The notes under the pieces: model-generated | Told to the model about the DNA's origin: nothing | Databases searched by the model: none | What the model saw: only the letters and a program-made list of their open reading frames with translations | In this document: piece by piece, positions 20,262 through 29,422 of the stretch | Position numbering within the stretch: the first letter of the stretch is position 1 | Layout: every line of letters starts with the position of its first letter | NCBI GenBank assembly: GCA_965219095.1 | Contig: CBDCMT010000001.1 | Span: 864,001-928,000 of the forward strand | Reading direction: 5' to 3' | Source: Bdellovibrionales bacterium | Lineage (GTDB): Bacteria > Bdellovibrionota > Bdellovibrionia > Bdellovibrionales > UBA1609 | DNA length: 64,000 bases | Translations under genes and position numbers: made by a program

Positions 20262-21512
20262 TTGAAAGTTTTTAACTTCAAGCCTTCTTTTTATAAAACA
20301 CAAGTAAAAAATCTTAAACTGATTACAGAACATCATCCCTATTGTCGTTCAGTGAGCGTAGGGGTTTTTGTAAATTACGGTACACGTCATGAAAAACCTT
20401 CGGAAAACGGCATAGCTCATTTGCTTGAACATATGGTTTTTAAAGGGAGTTCGAATTATACGGCATTTGAATTGAATCAAAAAATAGAAGCACTAGGAGG
20501 AGAACTCAATGCCTTCACATCAAAAGAATTGACATGCTTCCATGCCAGTGTGCTAAGTGAACACTTAGAAACTGCTTTAGAAGTACTCTCTGAAATATCA
20601 CAAAGAGCTCTTTTTACAGAAAAAAATCTAAAAAAAGAAAAAGAAGTAATCGTACAAGAGATTGAAAGTGAAAAAGATGATCCAGAACAAGTAATTTATA
20701 ACCTGTACTTTGAAAAAGCCTACAAGAAAAATCCTCTTTCACAACCTATTTTAGGAACAACTAAAAAATTAGCTTCTCTCACGCTTAAAGATTTAGAAGA
20801 GACATATAAAAAAAAATACAAAACTCTTCTTATCTCTATAGCGGGTAATGTAGATCACCAAAAAAGTCTTTCATTTGTAAAGAAGTACTTTAAAAAAGAA
20901 AATATAGATTTTCAAAAACCTTCTTTAGCACCTGTTATCTCTCAACATTTTTCAGAAAGTAGAGTTGCTCAATTTCAACAAAGTCATTTGCTTTTAGGTT
21001 TTGAAACTCCCTGTTTTTGTGATGATGATAGGTTTGTAGCTCAACTTTTTACAACTGTTTTAGGAAGTGGTATGACTTCAAGACTCTACCAACTTCTAAG
21101 AGAAAAAAAAGCTCTTGTTTATTCTATTAATAGCTATTTAAGCCAAACCAATAACTCAGGTCTATTGCTTATCTCATCAGCTACTAAAGAATCAAATTTG
21201 AACCTTACTTTAGAACTTATCAACACAGAACTTATGGAGTTAAAAAACAAAGGTGTGAGAGAGGAAGAACTACGTTTTTTCAAAGATCAGTTAAAAGGAG
21301 AGATCATTTTAGCCTCTAATGATATAGAACATCGCATGGAATCTATTGCTTATTATGAAATGTATCATGAAGAGTACAAACAAGTTGATAAAGTTCTAAA
21401 AAGAATAGAGGAAATATCTATAAATTCTTTCAATACATTCTGTAACAAGCTTATAAAGAATATTAGCACTTTTGTTTTAAAATCCGATCCTGTAAAGTAT
21501 AGATATTCATAA
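20262..21512 (+). CDS. M16 (pitrilysin-family) zinc peptidase
   Basis: HLLEH HXXEH motif, NAFTSKE; usual position after pnp. Confidence 0.92.
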   Translation: MKVFNFKPSFYKTQVKNLKLITEHHPYCRSVSVGVFVNYGTRHEKPSENGIAHLLEHMVFKGSSNYTAFELNQKIEALGGELNAFTSKELTCFHASVLSEHLETALEVLSEISQRALFTEKNLKKEKEVIVQEIESEKDDPEQVIYNLYFEKAYKKNPLSQPILGTTKKLASLTLKDLEETYKKKYKTLLISIAGNVDHQKSLSFVKKYFKKENIDFQKPSLAPVISQHFSESRVAQFQQSHLLLGFETPCFCDDDRFVAQLFTTVLGSGMTSRLYQLLREKKALVYSINSYLSQTNNSGLLLISSATKESNLNLTLELINTELMELKNKGVREEELRFFKDQLKGEIILASNDIEHRMESIAYYEMYHEEYKQVDKVLKRIEEISINSFNTFCNKLIKNISTFVLKSDPVKYRYS

Positions 21513-21808
21513 AAGTTTCGCTACAACTGCATAATTTTCTAGATTGATTATAATGTTGGTGGTATGAGACAAGAATATGCAAGCTACGAAGAAAAGAAAA
21601 GAACGATTCAAAATTATGCTTCCTCAAAAGAACCTCCAGGGCAGACGAGCCCATTTTCTAAGTTTTTGGAATCAGTGAAAAATTTAATAATAACAACAAA
21701 ATACCCTGACTGCCTGAGACCTCGACAGACCGCAACGTACCGCTCTAAACTGCTCTATCTATCACGCCAAAAACAAAAAGTAAGGTAAAAGATGATTGAA
21801 CAGAACGC

Positions 21809-21852
21809 AAACTGCCAGAACCTCCGGGAACCCACAGATTCCCGGAGGAGCC
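21809..21852. mobile_element. ISL3 end chimera stub
   Basis: Interior of the ISL3 right end joined to an inverted left IR (GATTCCCGGAGGAGCC). Confidence 0.7.
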
Positions 21853-21865
21853 AATAATAAAAACT

Positions 21866-22135
21866 CCTGACTTCGACACAACACACTGCAACAAGTGAAT
21901 AATTTCAAATAGTTACAATTTTTGGAGCCACAGGAAAGGGTTTTTTAAAGGTCAGCAGATTCAGCAGATGTTGTGGGAAAGAGGCTCATAGAGGAGTCTC
22001 TTTTAAGCGAAAAAGCACTGTAAATTTCTTCTACTTCCTTTGTACAACCTGATGGAAGGCGATAAAGTTTTTTCGTCTTTTTTTCTTTTAAAATACTGTA
22101 CTGATCTCTTTTTAAGATCTTTCTCATTCTTTCAA
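21866..22135 (-). pseudogene. IS1634-family 3' fragment with right IR
   Basis: Peptide homologous to the end of ORF 54980-55753; IR CCTGACTTCGACACAACACA matches 55879-55898. Confidence 0.75.
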
Positions 22136-22392
22136 AGCTTAAATTAGTCGAACGTGAAAAATTGACAAAAGCCTAGGATTTTTATGCTGTATGATCTTTA
22201 TTCCTGTTACTTTCTACTATAGAGGGTTAAATATTTTAGAGGGTTAAATATTTTTTCATAACTTAAACAAAACAGTAGTTTTCAAGAAGGCGTACAGGCC
22301 TTTTAAGCCATTTCAGTGAAAAAAACGAAAAAAGACGCACCTCTAGCATTAACTTTCTAAAATTTTGAGAAGTTCCTGATAAAAGACTATTA

Positions 22393-23429
22393 ACCCGAGT
22401 TTCGACTTTTTTCAGGGCTAAAGGCTAGCTGATATCAACAAACACCTCAGACCTTTGTAAGATTTTCTTGAAGAAGCAACTTACAAGGAAAAACACCTTG
22501 AGAGTTGCAAAAAACATACAAGGAGGTCTAAGATGTTTAATTCTAATTATATCATATCAATTTATGTTCTTGTCGATGATTTTTTAACCCCTCTCATACA
22601 GCAGCATCCAGAACTAGTTTCCAAAAATAAAAGAGGTTTTTCTTGTGCTATGTCTCCCAGCGAAATTATCACTCTTTGCTTACTTTTCCAAAGTTCTGGC
22701 TTTAGGAATTTTAAAGCCTTTTATCAGTTTGCAGAAGTCTATCTTAAACCTTATTTTCCTAAAATGTTGTCTTACTCCCGATTTGTGAACATCAAAAAAG
22801 ACATGGCTTTTTTGATGTTTCTTTTCTCGACAAGCCTTATGAGTAAAACCACCGGCATATCATTTATTGATTCCACATCGATTTTTCTTCAAAAATAAAA
22901 GAATAGGACGAAATAAAGTGTTCTAAAAGTTAGCTAAAAAGAGGCAAAAGTAGTATGGGCTGGTTCTTCGGATTTAAACTCCATATTGTTATCAATCACC
23001 TCGGAGAACTTTTAAGTTTTACCTTAACTCCGAGAAATGTAGATGATCGAAAGCCTGTTATAGGTTTGTGTAAAGGGCTGGTGGGGAAACTCTTTGGAGA
23101 CAAAGGTTATATTTCATCAGACCTTTTCAAAAAGCTTTTAAAAAAGGGAGTTAAGCTTATTACAAACGTCAAATTAAATATGAAGAATAAATTGATTCCC
23201 TTATTTGACAAGTTGATGTTGAAAAAACGTTCTGTTGTGGAAACAGTGATTGGAGTGTTAAAAGGAGAGTTTCATCTTGAGCATTCTCGCCATCGTAGCC
23301 CACAAAACTTTGTCATCAATCTTTTAGGTACTCTCATCTCCTATTGTTTAAAACCTAAAAAACCCTCCATTCAACTTAAAACTCAAGAACAGGGGCCTCT
23401 GAGCAATATATAAAAGTCGAAACTCGGGT
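22393..23429 (+). mobile_element. IS982-family element, frameshifted transposase (22533-22898, 22955-23413)
   Basis: TIRs ACCCGAGTTTCGACTTTT / AAAAGTCGAAACTCGGGT; IDST, GWFFGFKLH, GDKGY, EHSRHRS motifs. Confidence 0.9.
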
Positions 23430-24739
23430 TATTAATAGCATCCCCTTAGCATCCCCTTGTGATCCTAGGGTGTGTCCTCATTTACCTAGACCTTTTTCAA
23501 GACCTTAGGCGTGTTGAATATTTATAAAGATTGTAAAAAGCTCATAACAAAGGGAGGTATTATGTTAAGAAAAGTTTTAACAGATTCTATGTGGAAGGAT
23601 CTGGAAGCTATTATAAGAGAGAAAGGCTGTTATCATTCAGCAAACAATAGAAATGTTATGGAAGCAATTTTATGGAAATTACGCACAGGCAGTCCGTGGC
23701 GTGATATTCCTGAACAGTTCTGTCCTTGGAAGAGAGCATATAATCGCTTTAATAGGTGGGTACAAAAAGGGTTATGGAATGATTTTTTTTTACTTTACAA
23801 GAAGAAGTTGATACAGAGTGGGTGTCCATCGACGGAAGTTACGTATCGGTTCATCAGCATGCTAGTGGAGCTCGGCGTCCCGACTTCAGCGTTTTCCACT
23901 ACTAAAACTTCATAAAAGTGTGCGAGCTATGTTTAGAACAGAGTTGGGGGGTATTTTTCCAGACAGTGCATTTGTAGTGTCAGAAATCTTTTTTTGAGGT
24001 CTTTTCAAGGCTGGAAATTTCTTTTAACATTTAAATATGTTTGTAAAAAAGATTCCAAGAAAGAATAGTTTTATTTCAGTTCAGATTGTAGAGAACAAGA
24101 GAGTGCAGAATAAAGTCATCCAAAAAACCATTCAACATTTGGGGCAATATACAGTTTTAACCCCTAAAATCATATAAAAATCCTATAAGGCACCGTTTAA
24201 AATGTAGTGATCACGATTTTGCGTAACCACTTGAAATCATTAGATTCTTGAAAAGAAAACGCTGAAGTCGGGAAAAGTCGAAACTCGGGTTATTAATAGC
24301 ATCCCCTTAGCATCCCCTTGTGATCCTAGGGTGTGTCCTCATTTACCTAGACCTTTTTCAAGACCTTAGGCGTGTTGAATATTTATAAAGATTGTAAAAA
24401 GCTCATAACAAAGGGAGGTATTATGTTAAGAAAAGTTTTAACAGATTCTATGTGGAAGGATCTGGAAGCTATTATAAGAGAGAAAGGCTGTTATCATTCA
24501 GCAAACAATAGAAATGTTATGGAAGCAATTTTATGGAAATTACGCACAGGCAGTCCGTGGCGTGATATTCCTGAACAGTTCTGTCCTTGGAAGAGAGCAT
24601 ATAATCGCTTTAATAGGTGGGCACAAAAAGGGTTATGGAATGATTTTTTTTTACTTTACAAGAAGAAGTTGATACAGAGTGGGTGTCCATCGACGGAAGT
24701 TACGTATCGGTTCATCAGCATGCTAGTGGAGCTCGGCGT
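23412..24739 (+). repeat. 467-bp direct repeat (23412-23878 and 24273-24739) flanking a mini-IS1634; each copy holds an IS982 IR and the 5' part of an IS5 element
   Basis: Copies look identical except T/C at 23761/24622. Confidence 0.93.
23879..24272 (+). mobile_element. Internally deleted IS1634-family element (394 bp)
   Basis: TIRs CCCGACTTCAGCGTTTTC / GAAAACGCTGAAGTCGGG; encodes MFVKKIPRK..VQIVENKR..KVIQKTIQHLG, an IS1634 N-terminus. Confidence 0.82.
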
Positions 24740-24886
24740 GGAGAAAGTCGTGCTGTGGGAAAATCTAGAGGTGGATCCACAACAAAAATACACATGGCCT
24801 CCGATGCGCATGGAAATCCACTCTGTTTTAAAATCACTGGGGGTGAAGTACACGACAGTCAAGTTGCAGGTGATTTAATTGATGAG
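24326..24886 (+). pseudogene. IS5/IS427-type element truncated by an IS3-like IR (TGATCTTCCCCCAAAAAAGTGGACAG at 24887)
   Basis: Near-identical to 9483-10360 reversed; ends abruptly in orfB. Confidence 0.85.
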
Positions 24887-24929
24887 TGATCTTCCCCCCA
24901 AAAAAGTGGACAGTTTTTATGTTCTTAAA

Positions 24930-25044
24930 TGTAATAGACGTTATATGATCTGACAGTTACCCTTTCTGGGTTGATAAAAAACTGTCTGTCAGTTTTTTAT
25001 CAACCCAGAAAGGGTAACTGTCAGATCATATAACGTCTATTACA
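24930..25044. repeat. Perfect palindrome, 55-bp arms and 5-nt loop, TGT...ACA termini (MITE-like)
   Basis: 24930-24984 is the exact reverse complement of 24990-25044. Confidence 0.95.
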
Positions 25045-25063
25045 AATAAAACAAATAATTTGG

Positions 25064-26062
25064 TTGGGAGTATGGTCTTTATTTTCTATGACTTCTTTTG
25101 CAGATATTTATACCAATTACAGAACTAAAACAATAAAAGATTTACAGGGTGATAAGTTACAGGACTACAAAAAAGCCTTTGATTGGTTTGAAAAGTCAGC
25201 AAAACAAGGAAATGCAGAAGCTCAGAATAATCTTGGTGTGATGTATGTTAGGGGAGAAGGCGTTTTAAAGGATTACGAAAAAGCCTTTGATTGGTTTGAA
25301 AAGTCAGCAAAACAAGGACTTGCAGAAGCTCAGTATGCTCTTGGTGTGATGTATAGTGAGGAAAAAGGCGTTTTACAGGACTACAAAAAAGCCTTTGATT
25401 GGTTTGAAAAGTCAGCAAAACAAGGAAATGCAGAAGCTCAGAATAATCTTGGTGTGATGTATTATAAGGGAGAAGGCGTTTTACAGGACTACAAAAAAGC
25501 CTTTGATTGGTTTGAAAAGTCAGCAGAACAAGGATTTGTAGAAGCTCAGAATAATCTTGGTGTGATGTATAGTGAGGAAAAAGGCATTTTACAGGACTAC
25601 ATCAACAAGGCTTATAAATGGCTTATTTTATCATATGAGGGAAAAGGCGTTTTACAGGATTACGAAAAAGCCTTTGATTGGTATGAAAAGTCAGCAGAAC
25701 AAGGAAATGCAGAAGCTCAGTATAATCTTGGTGTGATGTATTATGAGGGAAAAGGCGTTTTACAGGACTACAAAAAAGCCTTTGATTGGTATGAAAAGTC
25801 AGCAAAACAAGGATTTGCAGAAGCTCAGTATGATCTTGGTATGATGTATACTAAGGGAAAAGGCGTTTTAAAGAATTACCTCACAGCTTATGCATGGCTT
25901 ATTTTATCAAAAGCTCAAGCACATGGCAAATTAGAAGCGATTGTAAGCGAATCATTATCTATACTAGAAAATAAAATGACTTCCTCGCAAATTGCAAGAG
26001 CTCAAAAGCTAGCAAATCAATTTAAAGCTGAGAAAACCATTTTAGAGGAACCTGTGAATTAA
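25064..26062 (+). CDS. Sel1-like (SLR/TPR) repeat protein, probably secreted; start uncertain
   Basis: 36-aa units KAFDWFEKSA.QG.AEAQ.NLGVMY..G.GVLQDY in near-identical 108-bp DNA repeats. Confidence 0.92.
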   Translation: MGVWSLFSMTSFADIYTNYRTKTIKDLQGDKLQDYKKAFDWFEKSAKQGNAEAQNNLGVMYVRGEGVLKDYEKAFDWFEKSAKQGLAEAQYALGVMYSEEKGVLQDYKKAFDWFEKSAKQGNAEAQNNLGVMYYKGEGVLQDYKKAFDWFEKSAEQGFVEAQNNLGVMYSEEKGILQDYINKAYKWLILSYEGKGVLQDYEKAFDWYEKSAEQGNAEAQYNLGVMYYEGKGVLQDYKKAFDWYEKSAKQGFAEAQYDLGMMYTKGKGVLKNYLTAYAWLILSKAQAHGKLEAIVSESLSILENKMTSSQIARAQKLANQFKAEKTILEEPVN

Positions 26063-26159
26063 AAATGATGGATGAGTGGTAAAAAACTCTAAAAAAGAAG
26101 AAAAAAACAAAACCGAGCCTTATCATAAAAAATTGAGTCCTTTGTCCGGCTTCTTTTGC

Positions 26160-26340
26160 GTAAGTCGGTTTCTTAACAGCCCTTGACTTCTGTGGAGAGG
26201 ATGTTTCTTAGATTTTAACGGGGTTTTTTTGAAAGAAGTGTAGTCAGTATAAGTTAGGAGCGGTTTAAAAACCGAGTTACGACTCATCTAAGAAATATCC
26301 TCCTCAGTAGAAGTCAAGGGCTGTTAAGAAACCGACTTAC
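26160..26340. mobile_element. IS66-derived MITE with 8-bp TSD
   Basis: GTAA-starting TIR of 32 bp perfect (about 55 bp imperfect); TCTTTTGC at 26152-26159 and 26341-26348. Confidence 0.85.
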
Positions 26341-26449
26341 TCTTTTGCAGATATAGAAGATGACAGACAGTTTACGACTCAAAAAGTTCTTTATGACACA
26401 GAATTTCAAGATGATGAAATTGACAGTATAAAAGGGCTTTGTTGCACGT

Positions 26450-26978
26450 CCCGACTTCAGCGTTTTCCACTACTAAAACTTCATAAAAGTGTGCGAACTA
26501 TGTTTAGAACAGAGTTGGGTGGTATTTTTCCAGAAAGTGCATTTGTAGTGTCAGAAATCTTTTTTTGAGGTCTTTTCAGGGCTGGAAATTTCTTTTAACA
26601 TTTAAATATGTTTGTAAAAAAGATTCCAAGAAAAAATGGTTCTATTTCAGTTCAGATTGTAGAGAACAAGAGAGTACAGAATAAAGTCATCCAAAAAACC
26701 ATTCAACATTTGGAGCAATATACAGATAAGAACAGGAGCTTCTGAACAATATATAAAAGTCGAAACTCGAGTTAATAGTAAGCTCCTTTTTATGAGCTTA
26801 CTTCTTAGATGAGTCTAACTCTTCTAATCAGGGTTTTTAAGTCCCAGCTTTGCAAAAAAAGGCTGGTCATCCATATTTTCTTTTTGATAGACACTCTAAA
26901 AATTTAACAGAGTTTGATTAAAAAGCCAGGGGGCTATGCATTAAAAGAATGTCGAATTAATTTTTGGAAATGGTATAA
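26450..26978. mobile_element. Cluster of IS stubs: IS1634 5' end (26450-26723), IS982 right end (about 26728-26773), IS630 left end (26880-26978)
   Basis: Direct matches to 23879-24153, 23385-23430 and 6075-6173. Confidence 0.8.
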
Positions 26979-27323
26979 TATCCTGCAATAGGAGAAGAAA
27001 TCAAGAAAAATAGTCTTACAGTGTACTAGGATCCAGTTTTACATTTCTTACAACTTTCCACAATCGTGTAAAGTGCTGTAGCTGTTCTTGAGCCTTTCCT
27101 GGATTCTTGAATTCTGACTTGGTGAGACTTTATCTTGTCTGTAATAGCCTTTTATTGTCATCATATAATAAACTGATTACCGTACTTTATCGGAAGTATT
27201 TAAATGGAGCTAAATTTGTGGGTCAATAAAGATTTTAACCAAGAGAGTTAAAAAAATGTGGAAAGAGAATTCTGACGTATAGGTGGATAAAGATAATAGC
27301 ACAGATGAAATGAAATAAAGGAA

Positions 27324-28994
27324 TTGTTAATGGCAACTAAGAAGAAAACTGTCAAAAAAAAGATCCAAAAATCTATAAAGAAAAAACAAACTCTTGAAGA
27401 TATTGAAAAAAAGCTTTGGCTTATGGCAGATAAGTTTCGAGTCAATATGGACGTTACTGAATATAAACATGTTGTTTTAGGACTTATATTTCTTAAATAT
27501 TTATCAGACGATTTTGATAAATTTCGCAAAAATTTAAGAAAACAATTCAAAGATCCAAAGCACGAAAACTTTTATAAAAACGCTACTAAAAATGGCATTG
27601 AGCAGGAACTAGAAAATAAAGATTACTATAAATCTCAAAATATTTTTTGGGTTCCTGTAGAAGCGAGGTGGTTTGGAAATACTGTAACGGGAGACCAAGG
27701 ACTCCAAGATGACGCTGAACAAGCTTATATAGGGAAAAGAATTGATAATGCTATGGCAGTTCTTGAAAAGGAAAACTCAAAACTTAAAAAAGTTTTGCCG
27801 AAGGATTTTGCAAGACAACAATCCAATGTACGCTTAGGAGAGCTTGTGAATCTTATTTCCACTATTGGCTTTAACGACACTGAACGTCCCTCAAGAGACA
27901 TTTTCACTCATGTTTATGAATATTTTCTGAGTCAATTTGCTTTTCAAGAAGGAAAAAAGGGAGGACAATTCTACACACCTAAGTCTGTAGTAAATTTGGT
28001 TGTAGAATGCTTAGAACCCTACAAGGGAAGAATCTACGACCCTGCTATGGGTTCAGGAGGCTTTTTTGTCTCAAGAAATCGTTTCATTAAAATGTACAGC
28101 GATCAAAAACACTTCCAAAAAACAAAACAAAATATCTCCTTCTATGGTCAGGAATCAAATCCAACAACTTGGAGGCTCGTTGCCATGAACATGGCTATTC
28201 GAGGAATAGACTTTAATTTTGGAAAAGAGCCAGCCGATACTTTTCATAAAAATCAGCACCCTGACTTAAAAGCAGACTTTATTATGACAAGTCCTCCTTT
28301 TAATATCAGTAATTGGGGTAGAGATAAACTCATTAAAGATAGACGTTGGAAGTACGGTATTCCGCCAAAAAATAATGCTAACTTTGCTTGGATTCAGCAT
28401 GTGATCGATCATCTTTCCCCCAGAGGATATGTCGGAATTGTTTTGGCCAATGGTTCGATGTCATCAGATATAAACAATGAAGGAATGATTAGAAAAAAAC
28501 TCCTTGAGTCTGATCTTGTAGATTGCATGATAGCATTCCCTGGGCAACTTTTTTTAAACACTCAAATTCCAGCTTGTATTTGGATTTTAGCTAAAGATAA
28601 GTCTGGAAAAGATGGGAAACGAAAAAGAAAAAATGAAGTGCTTTTTATTGATGCTAGAAATACAGGAGAGATGATTAACAGAACCCAAAGAGCCTTTTCT
28701 GATAATGAGATTCAGAAAATAGCTGGTATTTATCATTCTTGGAGAAATAAAGGTAAAAAATATGCAGATATAAAAGGGTTTTGCAAGTCTTCGGTTTTAG
28801 AAGAAATTAAATCTAACAATTATGTATTGACTCCCGGAAAGTATGTGGAGATAGACATAACTGAAGGTGATGTTCTTTCTTTTCATAAAAAAATGAATCA
28901 ACTCACAAAGAGATTAAAAGATGAGTTTGCCAAATCAGAGAAGCTAGAAAAAGAAATCAAAAAAAATCTATCAAGTATTGGGTTTGAAGTATAA
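27324..28994 (+). CDS. hsdM: Type I restriction-modification methyltransferase subunit
   Basis: LW..AD..R, EYKHVVLGLIFLKY, GQFYTP, DPAMGSGG, YGQE; motif IV reads SPPF. Confidence 0.95.
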   Translation: MLMATKKKTVKKKIQKSIKKKQTLEDIEKKLWLMADKFRVNMDVTEYKHVVLGLIFLKYLSDDFDKFRKNLRKQFKDPKHENFYKNATKNGIEQELENKDYYKSQNIFWVPVEARWFGNTVTGDQGLQDDAEQAYIGKRIDNAMAVLEKENSKLKKVLPKDFARQQSNVRLGELVNLISTIGFNDTERPSRDIFTHVYEYFLSQFAFQEGKKGGQFYTPKSVVNLVVECLEPYKGRIYDPAMGSGGFFVSRNRFIKMYSDQKHFQKTKQNISFYGQESNPTTWRLVAMNMAIRGIDFNFGKEPADTFHKNQHPDLKADFIMTSPPFNISNWGRDKLIKDRRWKYGIPPKNNANFAWIQHVIDHLSPRGYVGIVLANGSMSSDINNEGMIRKKLLESDLVDCMIAFPGQLFLNTQIPACIWILAKDKSGKDGKRKRKNEVLFIDARNTGEMINRTQRAFSDNEIQKIAGIYHSWRNKGKKYADIKGFCKSSVLEEIKSNNYVLTPGKYVEIDITEGDVLSFHKKMNQLTKRLKDEFAKSEKLEKEIKKNLSSIGFEV

Positions 28995-29005
28995 GAAGTG
29001 CAGAA

Positions 29006-29422
29006 ATGAAAATAAACCTTTCACCGCTAGAAAAAACAATTCGATCTCTTGAGAGTTCACTGTTAGTTTATGATAAATATGAAAATACAGAGGATAAAGA
29101 ACTCAAAGTTTCTTTAAAAGAAAGTGTCATTAAATCTTTTGAGATGTGTTATGAAATGTCTCGAAGCTTAATGGATCGTTATTTGAAAGAGTATACAGAC
29201 GAAAAAGTTGATCAAATGACAATTCATGATATTTTTAGACATGGAGAAAAAAATGGAATTCTTTCCAGTGCAGAAATTTGGTTTGACTACAGGAAAAAAC
29301 GAAATCAAACAAGCCATGTTTATGATATCAATATAGCCGAGGAAGTTTTCCTTACAGCCAGGAATTTTTTAGAGGATGTTCGATTTTTATTTAAAAAATT
29401 AGAGGAAAAAATTGAATCTTGA
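29006..29422 (+). CDS. HEPN-domain protein (HI0074/NTase substrate-binding family), putative RNase toxin
   Basis: IKSFEMCYE and RNQTSHVY (RX4HXY) motifs. Confidence 0.88.
   Translation: MKINLSPLEKTIRSLESSLLVYDKYENTEDKELKVSLKESVIKSFEMCYEMSRSLMDRYLKEYTDEKVDQMTIHDIFRHGEKNGILSSAEIWFDYRKKRNQTSHVYDINIAEEVFLTARNFLEDVRFLFKKLEEKIES

Noticed and set aside
21564..21788. 74-aa ORF as a real gene
   Set aside because: No recognisable motif; contains an ISL3-like stub and sits among IS debris
24930..25044. Palindrome as integron attC or simple terminator
   Set aside because: Perfect arms without extrahelical bases or RYYYAAC/GTTRRRY ends; no integron integrase; too long for a terminator
25150..25880. Regular repeats as a CRISPR array
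   Set aside because: They are in-frame 108-bp coding Sel1 units with no unique spacers, and no cas genes are in the window
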